From positions 397,048,001 through 397,112,000 of the forward strand of contig OZ024740.1 in the NCBI GenBank assembly GCA_964016885.1: 64,000 bases of DNA, read 5' to 3'. The notes below the pieces were generated by a model, which did no database searches, was not told the origin of the DNA, and was given only the letters and a program-made list of their open reading frames with translations. Position 1 is the first letter of the stretch. Each line of letters opens with the position of its first letter. Shown piece after piece: positions 11,059 through 22,446 of this stretch. The position numbers and the translations under genes are program-made. The DNA is from Eledone cirrhosa. Its lineage: Eukaryota.

Positions 11059-14000
11059 GGTAGGTTAGTGTTTGTGGTGGGTTGGTGGCTGATATGTGAT
11101 GGTGGGTTGGTGGTTGTGTTGGTCGGTTGGTGGTTGTGTTGGTCGGTTGGTGGTTGTGTTGGTGGGTTGGTGGTTGTGATGGTGGGTTGGTGGTTGTGAT
11201 GGTGGGTTGGTGGTTGTGTTGGTCGGTTGGTGGTTGTGTTGGTCGGTTGGTGGTTGTGTTGGTGGTTGTGTTGGTGGGTTGGTGGTTGTGTTGGTGGGTT
11301 GGTGGTTGTGTTGGTGGGTTGGTGGTTGTGATGGTGGGTTGGTGGTTGTGATGGTGGGTTGGTGGTTGTGATGGTGGGTTGGTGGTTGTGTTGGTCGGTT
11401 GGTGGTTGTGTTGGTGGGTTGGTGGTTGTGATGGTGGGTTGGTGGTTGTGATGGTGGGTTGGTGGTTGTGATGGTGGGTTGGTGGTTGTGTTGGTCGGTT
11501 GGTGGTTGTGTTGGTGGGTTGGTGGTTGTGATGGTGGGTTGGTGGTTGTGATGGTGGGTTGGTGGTTGTGATGGTGGGTTGGTGGTTGTGTTGGTGGTTG
11601 TGTTAGTGGGTTAGTGGTTGTGTTGGTGGGTTGGAGGTTGTGTTGGTTGGTTGGTGGTTGTGTTGGTGGGTTGGTGGTTGTGATGGTGGGTTGGTGGTTG
11701 TGATGGTGGGTTGGTGGTTGTGTTGGTGGTTGTGTTAGTGGGTTAGTGGTTGTGTGGGTGGGTTGGTGGTTGTGTTGGTGGGTTAGTGGTTGTGTTGGTG
11801 GGTTGGTGGTTGTGTTGGTGGGTTAGTGGTTGTGTTGGTGGGTTGGTGGTTGTGTTGGTGGGTTGGTGGTTGTGTTGGTGGTTGGTGTAGTGGGTTGGTG
11901 GTTGTGTTGGTGGGTTGGTGGTTGTGTTGGTGGGTTGGTGGTTGTGTTGGTGGTTGGTGTAGTGGGTTGGTGGTTGTGTTGGTGGGTTGGTGGTTGTGTT
12001 GGTGGGTTGGTGGTTGTGTTGGTGGGTTAGTGGTTGTGTTGGTGGGTTGGTGGTTGTGCTGCTGGGTTGGTGGTTGTGTTGGTGGGTTGGTGGTTGTGTT
12101 GGTGGGTTGGAGGTTGTGTTGGTTGGTTGGTTGGAGGTTGTGTTGGTTGGTTGGTTGGTGGTTGTGTTGGCGGGTTGGTGGTTGTGTTGGCGGGTTGGTG
12201 GTTGTGTTGGTGGGTTGGTGGTTGTGTTGGTGGGTTAGTGGTTGTGTTGGTGGGTTGGTGGTTGTGTTGGTGGGTTGGTGGTTGTGTTGGTGGGTTGGTG
12301 GTTGTGTTGGTGGTTGGTGTAGTGGGTTGGTGGTTGTGTTGGTGGGTTAGTGGTTGTGTTGGTGGGTTAGTGGTTGTGCTGCTGGGTTGGTGGTTGTGTT
12401 GGTGGGTTGGTGGTTGTGTTGGTGGGTTGGAGGTTGTGTTGGTTGGTTGGTGGTTGTGTTGGCGGGTTGGTGGTTGTGTTGGTGGTTGTGTTGGTGGGTT
12501 GGTGGTTGTGATGGTGGGTTGGTGGTTGCATTGGTGGGTTGGTGGTTGTGTTGGTGGGTTGGTGGTTGTGTTGGTGGGTTGGTGGTTGTGTTGGTGGGTT
12601 GGTGGTTGTGTTGGTGGGTTGGTGTTTGTGTTGGCGGGTTGGTGGTTGTGTTGGTGGGTTGGTGGTTGCATTGGTGGGTTGGTGGTTGTGTTAGTGGGTT
12701 GGTGGTGGGTTGGTGGTTGTGTTAGTGGGTTAGTGGTTGTGTTGGTGGGTTGGTGGTTGTGTTGGTGGGTTGGTGGTTGTGTTGGTGGGTTGGTGGTTGT
12801 GTTGGTGGGTTGGTGGTTGTGTTGGTGGGTTGGTGGTTGTGTTGGCGGGTTGGTGGTTGTGATGGCGAGTTGGTGGTTGTGATGGTGGGTTGGTGGTTGT
12901 GATGGTGGGTTAGTGGTTGTGTTGGCGGGTTGGTGGTTGTGTTGGCGGGTTGGTGGTTGTGTTGGTGGGTGGTGGTTGTGTTGGTGGTTGTGTTAGTGGG
13001 TTAGTGGTTGTGTTGGTGGGTTGGTGGTTGTGTTTGTGGGTTGGTGGCTGATATGTGATGGTGGGATGGTGGTTGTGTTCGTGGGTTGGTGGTTTTGTTG
13101 GTGGGTTGGTGGTTGTGTTGGTGGGTTAGTGGTTATGTTGGTGGGTTAGTGGTTGTGTTGGTGGGTTGGTGGTTGTGATGGTGGGTTGGTGGTTGTGTTG
13201 GTGGGTTATTGGTTGTGTTGGTGGGTTAGTGGTTGTGTTGGTGGGTTAGTGGTTGTGTTGGTGGGTTAGTGGTTGTATTGGTGGGTTAGTAGTTGTATGG
13301 TGGGTTAGTGGTTGTGTTGGTGGGTTAGTGGTTGTATGGTGGGTTAGTGGTTGTGTTGGTGGGTTAGTGGTTGTGTTGGTGGGTTAGTTGGTGGGTTGGT
13401 GGTTGTGTTGGTGGGTTAGTGGTTGTGTTGGTGGGTTAGTGGTTGTATTGGTGGGTTAGTGGTTGTATTGGTGGGTTAGTGGTTGTATGGTGAGTTAGTG
13501 GTTGTGTTGGTGGGTTAGTGGTTGTATGGTGGGTTAGTGGTTGTGTTGGTGGATTGGTGGCTGATATGTGATGGTGGGTTGGTGGTTGTGTTGGTGGGTT
13601 AGTGGCTGATATGTGATAGTGGCTTGGTGGTTGTGTTGGTGGGTTGGTGGTTGTGATGGTGGGTTGGTGGTTGTGTTGGTGGGTTGGTGGTTGTGATGGT
13701 GGGTTGGTGGTTGTGTTGGTGGGCTAGTGGTCGTGTTGGTGGGTTGGTCATTGTGATGGTGGGTTAGTGGCTGATATGTGACGGTGGGTTGGTGGTTGTG
13801 TTGGTGGGTTAGTGTATGTGTTGGTGGGTTGGTGGTTGTGTTGGTGGATTGGTAGTTGTGTTGGGTTAGTGGCTGATATGTGATCGTGGGTTGGTGGTTG
13901 TGATGGTGGGTTGGTGTTATGATGGTGGGTTGGTGGTTGTATTGGTGGGTTGGTGGTTGTGTTGGTGGGTTGGTGGTTGTGTTGGTGGGTTGGTGGCTGT

Positions 14001-14110
14001 GTTGGTGCGTTAGTGGCTGACATGTGACAGTGGGTTGGTGGGTTAGTGGGTTAGTGGTTGTGTTGGTGGGTTGGTGGCTAATTAGTGATAGTGGGTCGGT
14101 GGTTGTGTTG
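11059..14110. repeat. Minisatellite, 20-bp unit GGTGGGTTGGTGGTTGTGTT
   Basis: About 3 kb of direct tandem copies with variants (gat/gtt, ttag/ttgg, occasional 25-bp ggtgggttagtggctgatatgtgat units). Confidence 0.97.
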
Positions 14111-16464
14111 GTGGGTTAGTGGTCATTGAGTGTGTGTGAGTTAGTTGTCATTGAGTGTGGGTGAGTTAGTGTTCATTGTGTGTTGGTGAGTTAGTGGTCA
14201 TTGAGTGTGTGTGAGTTAGTTGTCATTGAGTGTGGGTGAGTTAGTGTTCATTGTGTGTTGGTGAGTTAGTGGTCATTGTGTTGGTGAGTTAGTGGTCATT
14301 GTGTTGGTGAGTTAGTGGTCATTGTGTGTTGGTGAGTTAGTGGCCATTGTGTGTTGGTGAGTTAGTTGTCATTGTGTGTTGGTGGGTTAGTGGTCATTGT
14401 GTGTTGGTGAGTTAGTTGTCATTGTGTGTTGGTGGGTTAGTGGTCATTGTGTGTTGGTGAGTTAGTGGTCATTGTGTGTTGGTGAGTTAGTTGTCATTGA
14501 GTGTTGGTGAGTTAGTGGTTATTGTTTGTTGGTGAGTTAGTGGTCATTGTTTGTTGGTGAGTTAGTGTTCATTGTTTGTTGGTGAGTTAGTTGTCATTGA
14601 GTGTTGGTGGGTTAGTGGTCATTGTGTGTTGGTGAGTTAGTGGTTATTGTGTGTTGGTGAGTTAGTTGTCATTGAGTGTTGGTGGGTTAGTGGTCATTGT
14701 GTGTTGGTGAGTTTGTTGTCATCGAGTGTTGGTGAGTTTGTTGTCATTGTTTGTTGGTGAGTTAGTGGTCATTGTTTGTTGGTGAGTTAGTTGTCATCGA
14801 GTGTTGGTGGGTTAGTTGTCATTGTGTGTTGGTGAGTTAGTGGTTATTGTGTGTTGGTGAGTTAGTTGTCATCGAGTGTTGGTGAGTTAGTGGTCATTGA
14901 GTGTTGGTGAGTTAGTTGTCATTGTTTGTTGGTGAGTTAGTTGTCATTGTGTGTTGGTGAGTTAGTGGTCATTGTGTGTTGGTGAGTTAGTTGTCATTGA
15001 GTGTTGGTGAGTTAGTGGTCATTGAGTGTTGGTGGGTTAGTGGTCATTGTGTGTTGGTGAGTTAGTGGTCATTTGTGTGTTGGTGGGTTAGTGGTCATTG
15101 TGTTGGTGAGTTAGTGGTCATTGAGTGTTGGTGAGTTAGTGGTCATTTGTGTGTTGGTGGGTTAGTGGTCATTTGTGTGTTGGTGAGTTAGTGGTCATTG
15201 TGTGTTGGTGGGTTAGTGGTCATTGAGTGTTGGTGAGTTAGTGGTCATTGTGTGTTGGTGGGTTAGTGGTCATTGAGTGTTGGTGAGTTAGTTGTCATTG
15301 TGTGTTGGTGAGTTAGTGGTCATTGTGTGTTGGTGGGTTAGTGGTCATTGAGTGTTGGTGAGTTAGTGGTCATTTGTGTGTTGGTGGGTTAGTGGTCATT
15401 GTGTGTTGGTGAGTTAGTGTTCATTGAGTGTTGGTGAGTTAGTGGTCATTGTGTGTTGGTGAGTTAGTGGTCATTGAGTGTTGGTGAGTTAGTGGTCATT
15501 GTGTGTTGGTGAGTTAGTGGTCATTGTGTGTTGGTGGGTTAGTGGTCATTGTGTGTTGGTGAGTTTGTGGTCAGTGTGTTGGTGAGTTAGTGGTCATTGT
15601 GTGTTGGTGGGTTAGTGGTCATTGAGTGTTGGTGAGTTAGTTGTCATTGTGTGTTGGTGAGTTAGTTGTCATTGTGTGTTGGTGAGTTAGTTGTCATTGT
15701 GTGTTGGTGAGTTAGTTGTCATTGTGTGTTGGTGAGTTAGTTGTCATTGTGTGTTGGTGAGTTAGTTGTCATTGTGTGTTGGTGAGTTAGTTGTCATTGT
15801 GTGTTGGTGGGTTAGTTGTCATTGTGTGTTGGTGAGTTAGTGGTCATTGAGTGTTGGTGAGTTAGTTGTCATTGTGTGTTGGTGGGTTAGTTGTCATTGT
15901 GTGTTGGTGGGTTAGTGGTCATTGTGTGTTGGTGAGTTAGTGGTCATTGTGTGTTGGTGAGTTAGTTGTCATTGTGTGTTGGTGGGTTAGTTGTCATTGT
16001 GTGTTGGTGGGTTAGTGGTCATTCTGTGTTGGTGAGTTAGTGGTCATTGAGTGTTGGTGAGTTAGTTGTCATTGTGTGTTGGTGAGTTAGTTGTCATTGT
16101 GTGTTGGTGGGTTAGTGGTCATTGTGTGTTGGTGGGTTAGTGGTCATTGTGTTGGTGAGTTAGTGGTCATTCAGTGTTGGTGAGTTAGTGTTCATTGAGT
16201 GTTGGTGAGTTAGTTGTCATTGTGTGTTGGTGAGTTAGTGGTCATCGAGTGTTGGTGAGTTAGTGGTCATTGAGTGTTGGTGAGTTAGTGGTCATTGTGT
16301 GTTGGTGAGTTAGTGGTCATTGAGTGTTGGTGAGTTAGTGGTCATTGAGTGTTGGTGAGTTAGTGGTCATTGAGTGTTGGTGAGTTAGTGGTCATTGAGT
16401 GTTGGTGAGTTAGTGGTCATTGAGTGTTGGTGAGTTAGTGGTCATTGTGTGTTGGTGGGTTAGT
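14111..16464. repeat. Minisatellite, 25-bp unit GGTGAGTTAGTGGTCATTGTGTGTT
   Basis: About 2.35 kb of direct tandem copies contiguous with, and related to, the 20-bp array. Confidence 0.97.
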
Positions 16465-16750
16465 AGCTGTTGAATGAGTTTTAATATGTTTGTGCACATC
16501 AGTGACATTATCCTGGGAAACAATTTGCTTTGTAGACGGTCTGCAGCTACCCAAATTAGATACACCTTTAGACCTTGAAGAAAAATCACAGTAATTTGAA
16601 ATGTTGTTTTAGTTATAGCTGTGGATATTATGCAAGGTTAATAAAGACTGTAAAGTCAATTATTCCCAGTGAATTTGTGTTGTTCATAGGTAGAGAGTGA
16701 ATATTATTAGGAATTAGTTTTATTTTTTAATGTAATGACAATATTTTAGT

Positions 16751-17010
16751 GATAATAATAATAATGAAATTATTGTGTACATTGCTCAGGTGCACCACAA
16801 CTCATCATAGAGAAATGTACAAATGTCAGGAAAGTGAACAGTGTACGAGTCATGATATACATGTGTGCATGTGTATGGAGGGGGGATACCAGGTTTAGTG
16901 TTGGAGAATTTCAGGAAGCATGGAGGTTTTAAAGGATGCAGTGTCTTGGCAGCTAACAACTGATGCAGGTAGTTTGTTCTATGCTTCAGCAACTCTGAGT
17001 GTCAAAAATT
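16751..17010 (-). mobile_element. CR1-group LINE 3' fragment with (TTA)n tail
   Basis: Homologous to 25704-25830 plus 22307-22446, and to 52760-53235 (RVAEA.NKLPASVVSC..TASFKTSMLPE). Confidence 0.8.
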
Positions 17011-17128
17011 GTTGAATGAAACTAGTTGATCATTGCTGTTGGAAGATGTTATCAAATCCTCTGCTCATGAAGTCCTTTTCTTGAAATGTGTAGATTTTAT
17101 GTGTTTAGTGCCAGTGTGCAATAGATTA

Positions 17129-18825
17129 CACCCTGCAACATATTTTTTGTTCCCTGGTTCTAAGTGTCATTTCCTGGTTTGTTATATCCCATTATTATTT
17201 AAAAAAACACTATTATTTAATCAGAAGTTTGGGTTTGTAGTCAGGAGTTTGATATTTCGAAATTTTCATATTTTTCAAGAAAAAACACATTTGTTTAAAA
17301 TTTATCAGTTCATATAATTAAATCAACAGAGTATATATTTATTTTATTACACAAGCTTATCAAAAGCAAACAAGTAAAAACAAATAACACTTATAAAGCA
17401 ACCTATACACGTAAGAAATGACTGGATTTCCTGGATTTGTAGTTGTAGTCCAGGTCACATTCCCACACTAGCCGCCAGATATAGTCCCCCATCATTTTTT
17501 CATTGTAGTGGCCCTGGTACCTCCACTCTATCTCTTTCACATCTTGGTGGAATTGTTCGCCTTGTTCTTCTGAGTAGGCGCCCATATTGTCCTTGAATTT
17601 TTCCAGGTGAGCGTCCAGCATCCCATGGCGCCAAAAGGCTTTATCAGATCCTGCATCAGTTGCTGGTAGTTTTCAGGTCTGTAGTTCCCCAGGAAGCCCT
17701 TAACAACTGCCTTGAAACAGTTCCATGCTGTTCTCTCAATCCTATTGAGCTTATTGGAGAACTCGGTAGACTCAAACACCTTCTTTATCTGAGGTCCAAC
17801 AAAAATTCCACCTTTGATTTTGGCCTCAGATAACTTGGGGAAGAACTCAAGAAGGTACTTAAAAGCGGCTGATTCTTGGTTGAGAGCCTTCACAAACTGC
17901 TTCATCAACCCCAACTTAATGTGCAGTGGCAGCATGAGCACAATCCTGGGATCAACCAGTGGCTCCTACATGACGTTCCGGGTCCCAACTACAAATTCTG
18001 TTCGCTGCTCCCGGTTCTTTCTTTTGTAGTGGTCAGAGGTGCCTCTGCTGTCCCAAAGGCAGAGGAAGCATTGGAATTTGATAAAGCCTCCTTGGAGTCT
18101 AAGCAGGAAAGCCACCATCTTGAAGTCTCCAATGATTTCCCAATTGTACTGGTTGTATTGCAGAGCTTCCAAGAGGACTTTCACACTGTAGTAATCTTCC
18201 TTCAGGCAGACTGAATGAGCTAGGGGCAGTGTCGGGAACTTGTTTCCATTGTGGAGGAGGACAGCCTTCAAACTTGTGGTGGAGCTGTCTATAAATAGCC
18301 TTGGGCACAAACGGCACCCCAATAACGTCAAACAGTCCAAGCACGTCATGGCAGAAGCAGAGGCCATCCCTAAGTGTGTAAAAGCCTGAGAAAGGTTTGT
18401 GTCGACTTATCTGACTTGTCACCTGCACTTCCTCCTTGACCAAGTTCCACTGCTTCATCCTGGAGATGAATGCTTAAAACACAACTTACCCTTTATTCAG
18501 GGTGCGAAAACCAGTATCAATAAATCTCTTTAATCCACTTTTTAACAATGTTATACTTTATTGCACTTTTAGGTATTACTCTTTATTTTATAATTTTAAT
18601 TTAACCTGAAACATATATAAAAAAATCATTTAACATAAGCAAATTAAACTTACATACAACGTAAAATCCAGCATACAATTAATTCTAGTGAATAGCTTAG
18701 AATTTTTACAAACCCCAACTTTTAACTGTTTAATAGCACTTTTTTTTATTTATTTGGGACCTAAGCAACACAAAAAAAGTGATTACAAGCCAGGAACAGA
18801 GAAAAATTTTTTTTGTTACACAGTG
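17129..18825 (-). mobile_element. Chapaev3-type (CMC superfamily) DNA transposon, internally deleted
   Basis: Imperfect TIRs CACCCTGCAACA... / ...TGTTACACAGTG with TTA on both sides (17126-17128, 18826-18828). Transposase remnants: LFIDSS..SLKAVLLHNGN, GDFKMVAFLL, CFLCLWDSR, PLHIKLGLMKQFVKAL, SEEQGEQFHQD. Confidence 0.85.
17403..18470 (-). pseudogene. Frameshifted C-terminal part of Chapaev3-type transposase
   Basis: Overlapping ORFs 18099..18458, 17966..18367, 17537..17941 and 17403..17621 join into one transposase-like frame with several frameshifts. The N-terminus is absent. Confidence 0.85.
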
Positions 18826-20986
18826 TTATCGAAGAGTGAAGAATGCATAGACGTATGTGTGTAGTTAGAACTAACAAGGAACATACTGTTGATGTATATA
18901 TGTAGAATGTAGGAGACATATCAAACCTTAGGGCACACAAAAATTGAGGGAATTTGGATTTGAGAGAGTTATATCAACATACTTTATGACAGAGTCGTAT
19001 GATATAAAACTTCTAATCCACAAATGAGAAATGGACAGAACACGTAGGTAAGCTAGTTTTCCAGAAAATTCTAATGGCAGATATAGTTAATGATTATGAT
19101 AACAGTTGGGTGTTAGTGATAGTAGAGTGGTAGTGATGGTGATAATAATGCACAGATATTCCAGAAGAAATATTTAGTTCAAGCTAGATAATATTGAACC
19201 CCTGCAATTGAGATGAAATGAGTGGAATGCAAGGAGAAATTCAATATTACAGATACATGTATATGATGATGAATAATATGTAATTATTTATCTATAATCA
19301 GCAGATGTTTGATACCAATATAACTAGATTTGTAAAGATAGCACTTTTAATTTCCCACAAGTATCAAGCTCTACTGAATAGCTAATAATTATTGACTAAA
19401 AATCTATTACCATTTCTAATTACATTATGGTGAAATCATAAAATACAAAAATATTCATTCACTAGTAAGCTAGAATACTTATGTTATATATTTATTGCCT
19501 GAAGATGCATAAAGATGGTGTTTTGTTTACAATAACGATCAATAACAAGCAAATTAGACACTTAAACAAAAATAAACAAGTACACAATTAAACCAGATCT
19601 ATACACTACACTAACTATGCATAATATTACATATTGCCTAAAACACGTTACTGAACTCATAGTTAGTGTGGAATGTAATAGTTTATGTTTACTATGATTC
19701 CTCTATGAACCATGGATAGTAAACATCAAGGAAAGACATTTTAAGCGAACTTTGCCATTTTTGTTTGATAACCGTTAGCATAAAATGCTAATGCTTATGT
19801 GATGCAGAGAGGAGGAATTATCTTTATGCCAGTAAGCAACTTGATTCATATAAATTGACTAACATATATCAGTTTATAGAATTGCATCCAAATAAACCAC
19901 ATTGAAAACAAAGTAAGGAAGCCAATTATACACAACAATGATGGACATTGACAAAAAGGAAACAAACACATGACAAAAACTAATATATAGTGAGAACAAA
20001 ACTAGAACAAAATAAAGTAAGCAATTGATTGAACCTGGTAATGTTGAATTATGCAATAGAGTGGAAAGAGATTCTGACAAAAATTCAGCATGAGTGACTG
20101 TAGAAAGTTATTCCAGTCATTATCAGCATTTGGTGCCAAATACATTATAATGGAAATCACTTTAAAATTATTTTCAAACTTTTAACACAAAACTATTCCT
20201 TCTATAGAAGAATGAAAACCAGTAAAAGGAAACAAAAAGAATTATTTTACTTAGTTCATGAGCCACTAAGTGGTAGCAAACTGGGTGAAAGCCAACTAAA
20301 TGGGTAGCAACTAGCTAGGCAACTCGCGTTTAATCAGCAAATGATATAATTGGTGTTCTTGTTGTTATTTAGCTCCAGGTTGGTACTGATTGAGCATCCT
20401 ATTTATTTTTCCAAACAGCATATATCTTGGACAGATTTGTTACAGCTGGAATATCTTTTATCAAAAGATTAATTTAATCACAACTGATCTGGAGCTAAAC
20501 AACAATTTTACCTCTTGCTGATTAACATTTAACCTGCTGTATTCCATGAAACCGCATTAGCAATACATTTTTAAAATGTACAAAATGGCAAGCTATAACT
20601 GATTCCATATCATTAAAAATTAGTCTCTCAATGATCTGTTCACTAGTAAAGATACCATAAACATTTGAATTAACAAACCCATTTTTAGATATTTTCTTCT
20701 AAATCATTACAGAATGTTAAAAATTAATGCTAGTGGTCTAGTCACATTAGCTATTAGTTTGGCCAAGCTAGTTGTCACTCAGTTGCCACTGAAATATTTT
20801 AACTGAATGCTGTAGGTTTTTATGTTGAAGGTAATCTGTCTGTGACTTTAACATGCAATGCAGTTCCAATGATTGGTTCAAGCCATTTTATTGACACCAC
20901 TTATACCCATATGAAAGATAAAAATTATACAGTTATCATTTTCATATGTGAGCGTGATGCGTGTGTGTGTGTATATATATATATAT

Positions 20987-22306
20987 ATCATTATCCTCAT
21001 CACCATTTAACATCTATTTTCCATGGTGACATGGGTTGTTACATTATGAGATAAGCTAGGTCAGGTGAATACGGCTTCCTCATATGGAACAGCTTCTGGC
21101 TTGGGTTTTATGGCTGGATGCCCTTCATAATGCGAACCACATGGACTGGATGCTTCTTATGGCCCCAAAACGACCATCTGACAGGGTGGACTAGGTGCCT
21201 TTTATCATGTCACCAGCATGACCACCTTACAGAGTAGCCGAGATGCTTTTTGTCATGGCTGCAGAATTGTGAGAGAGCAGGTGTGGAGCATGTTCAGCTT
21301 TCCAAGCTTGTATGCATCGGTTAGGAGAGGAGCAGTGTATCAGGGTGTGTTAAACGCAGGCATGGAATGTGTAAAACGAGTATGGCTGGGATGTGGATGG
21401 GTGAGTATTAAGATGTGGAAAGGTGTATGGGTAGGGGACGAGAAAGATTGTGGTGCTGACTAGTGTCATCTAGCTGTTTATTTCAGTTTGCTTCATCTGC
21501 TTTATGCTGAGCACATGGAAATGTGGGCCTTGTGCAGTACATCATATCACAAGAGATCTTGATTCTGTGTCATTACTTTTGAGAGGTTTAATTGTGTAAA
21601 GTCACTGTTTATCACTTCATCCCAAGCTTTCCTAAATCTTTTTCTTCCATAGCTTCCATCAATTTTGAGTATCCTCACCTTTTTATACTGCTGTTATCCT
21701 CCATGTGCATCACATGTCCATACCATCACATTCTTCTTTCTTGCACACTGCATCTGACCCCTCTTGTACCAAGTTTTGCTCTCAGTACATTGATGCTTTG
21801 CCATTTATGTATACTACTATCACACAACCATCAGAGCATGCATGCTTCCTTTCTTACCAACCTCTGCACACAGCATTGTGATCTTACTTCCATGAAGTAT
21901 TGTTGTTCGTACATAAGCATCATACAATTTGCCTTTCATTTTGAGGGAGAAAAACATGAAACTGCTTGAAAATAAATTCACTGTTTATCCCATTGTTAAT
22001 TCTCACAGCATTTTTTACATGGTTTGCATAGCTCTTACAAGCTTACACCTAATTTTCTTAGAAACCACCAGATTACAAAGCATGGTACTGTGTCAAAAGC
22101 CTTCTTGAGATTGATGAATTCTACGTATAATGTATTAATCTAATCTAAGAACTTTTTTTGTAATTGTATTATTAAGATAGCACAATACAGGACTGCAAAT
22201 GATCTAAGGTAATTCTCTTCCTGATAGTTTGTGCTATAATTCTTTGTTACTTTCATAATGTTGTCTCTTAGTTTATTACCTATGTAGTTGCTTCTTTCTA
22301 GAGCCG
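20987..22306 (-). mobile_element. Old, degenerate RTE LINE of the same lineage
   Basis: Remnants ALERSNY.G.KL, LKKAFD, LKMKGKLYDAYV and WYGHVM, plus the shared 3'UTR motif (aagggcatccagcc) and a decayed (GAT)n tail. Confidence 0.75.
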
Positions 22307-22446
22307 TGATAATAATAATAATAATGAAATTATTGTGTACAGTGCTCTGGTGCACTACAAATCATCAAAGGTGCATGTATAGTACATAGAATAATATACA
22401 AATGTCAGGGAAGTGAATAGTGTATGAGTCATGGTGTGCATGTGTA
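22307..22446 (-). mobile_element. CR1-group LINE 3'UTR and (TTA)n tail (left part of a split element)
   Basis: Matches 16751-16876 and the tail of the 52490 copy. The element resumes at 25704. Confidence 0.85.

Noticed and set aside
11127-14023. Long V/G/W/C-rich and T/N/P/Q/H-rich ORFs
   Set aside because: They are translations of the 20-bp minisatellite, open in several frames on both strands because the unit lacks stops.
11059-16464. Telomeric array
   Set aside because: gggttag occurs only as part of 20/25-bp units. There is no tandem (TTAGGG)n.
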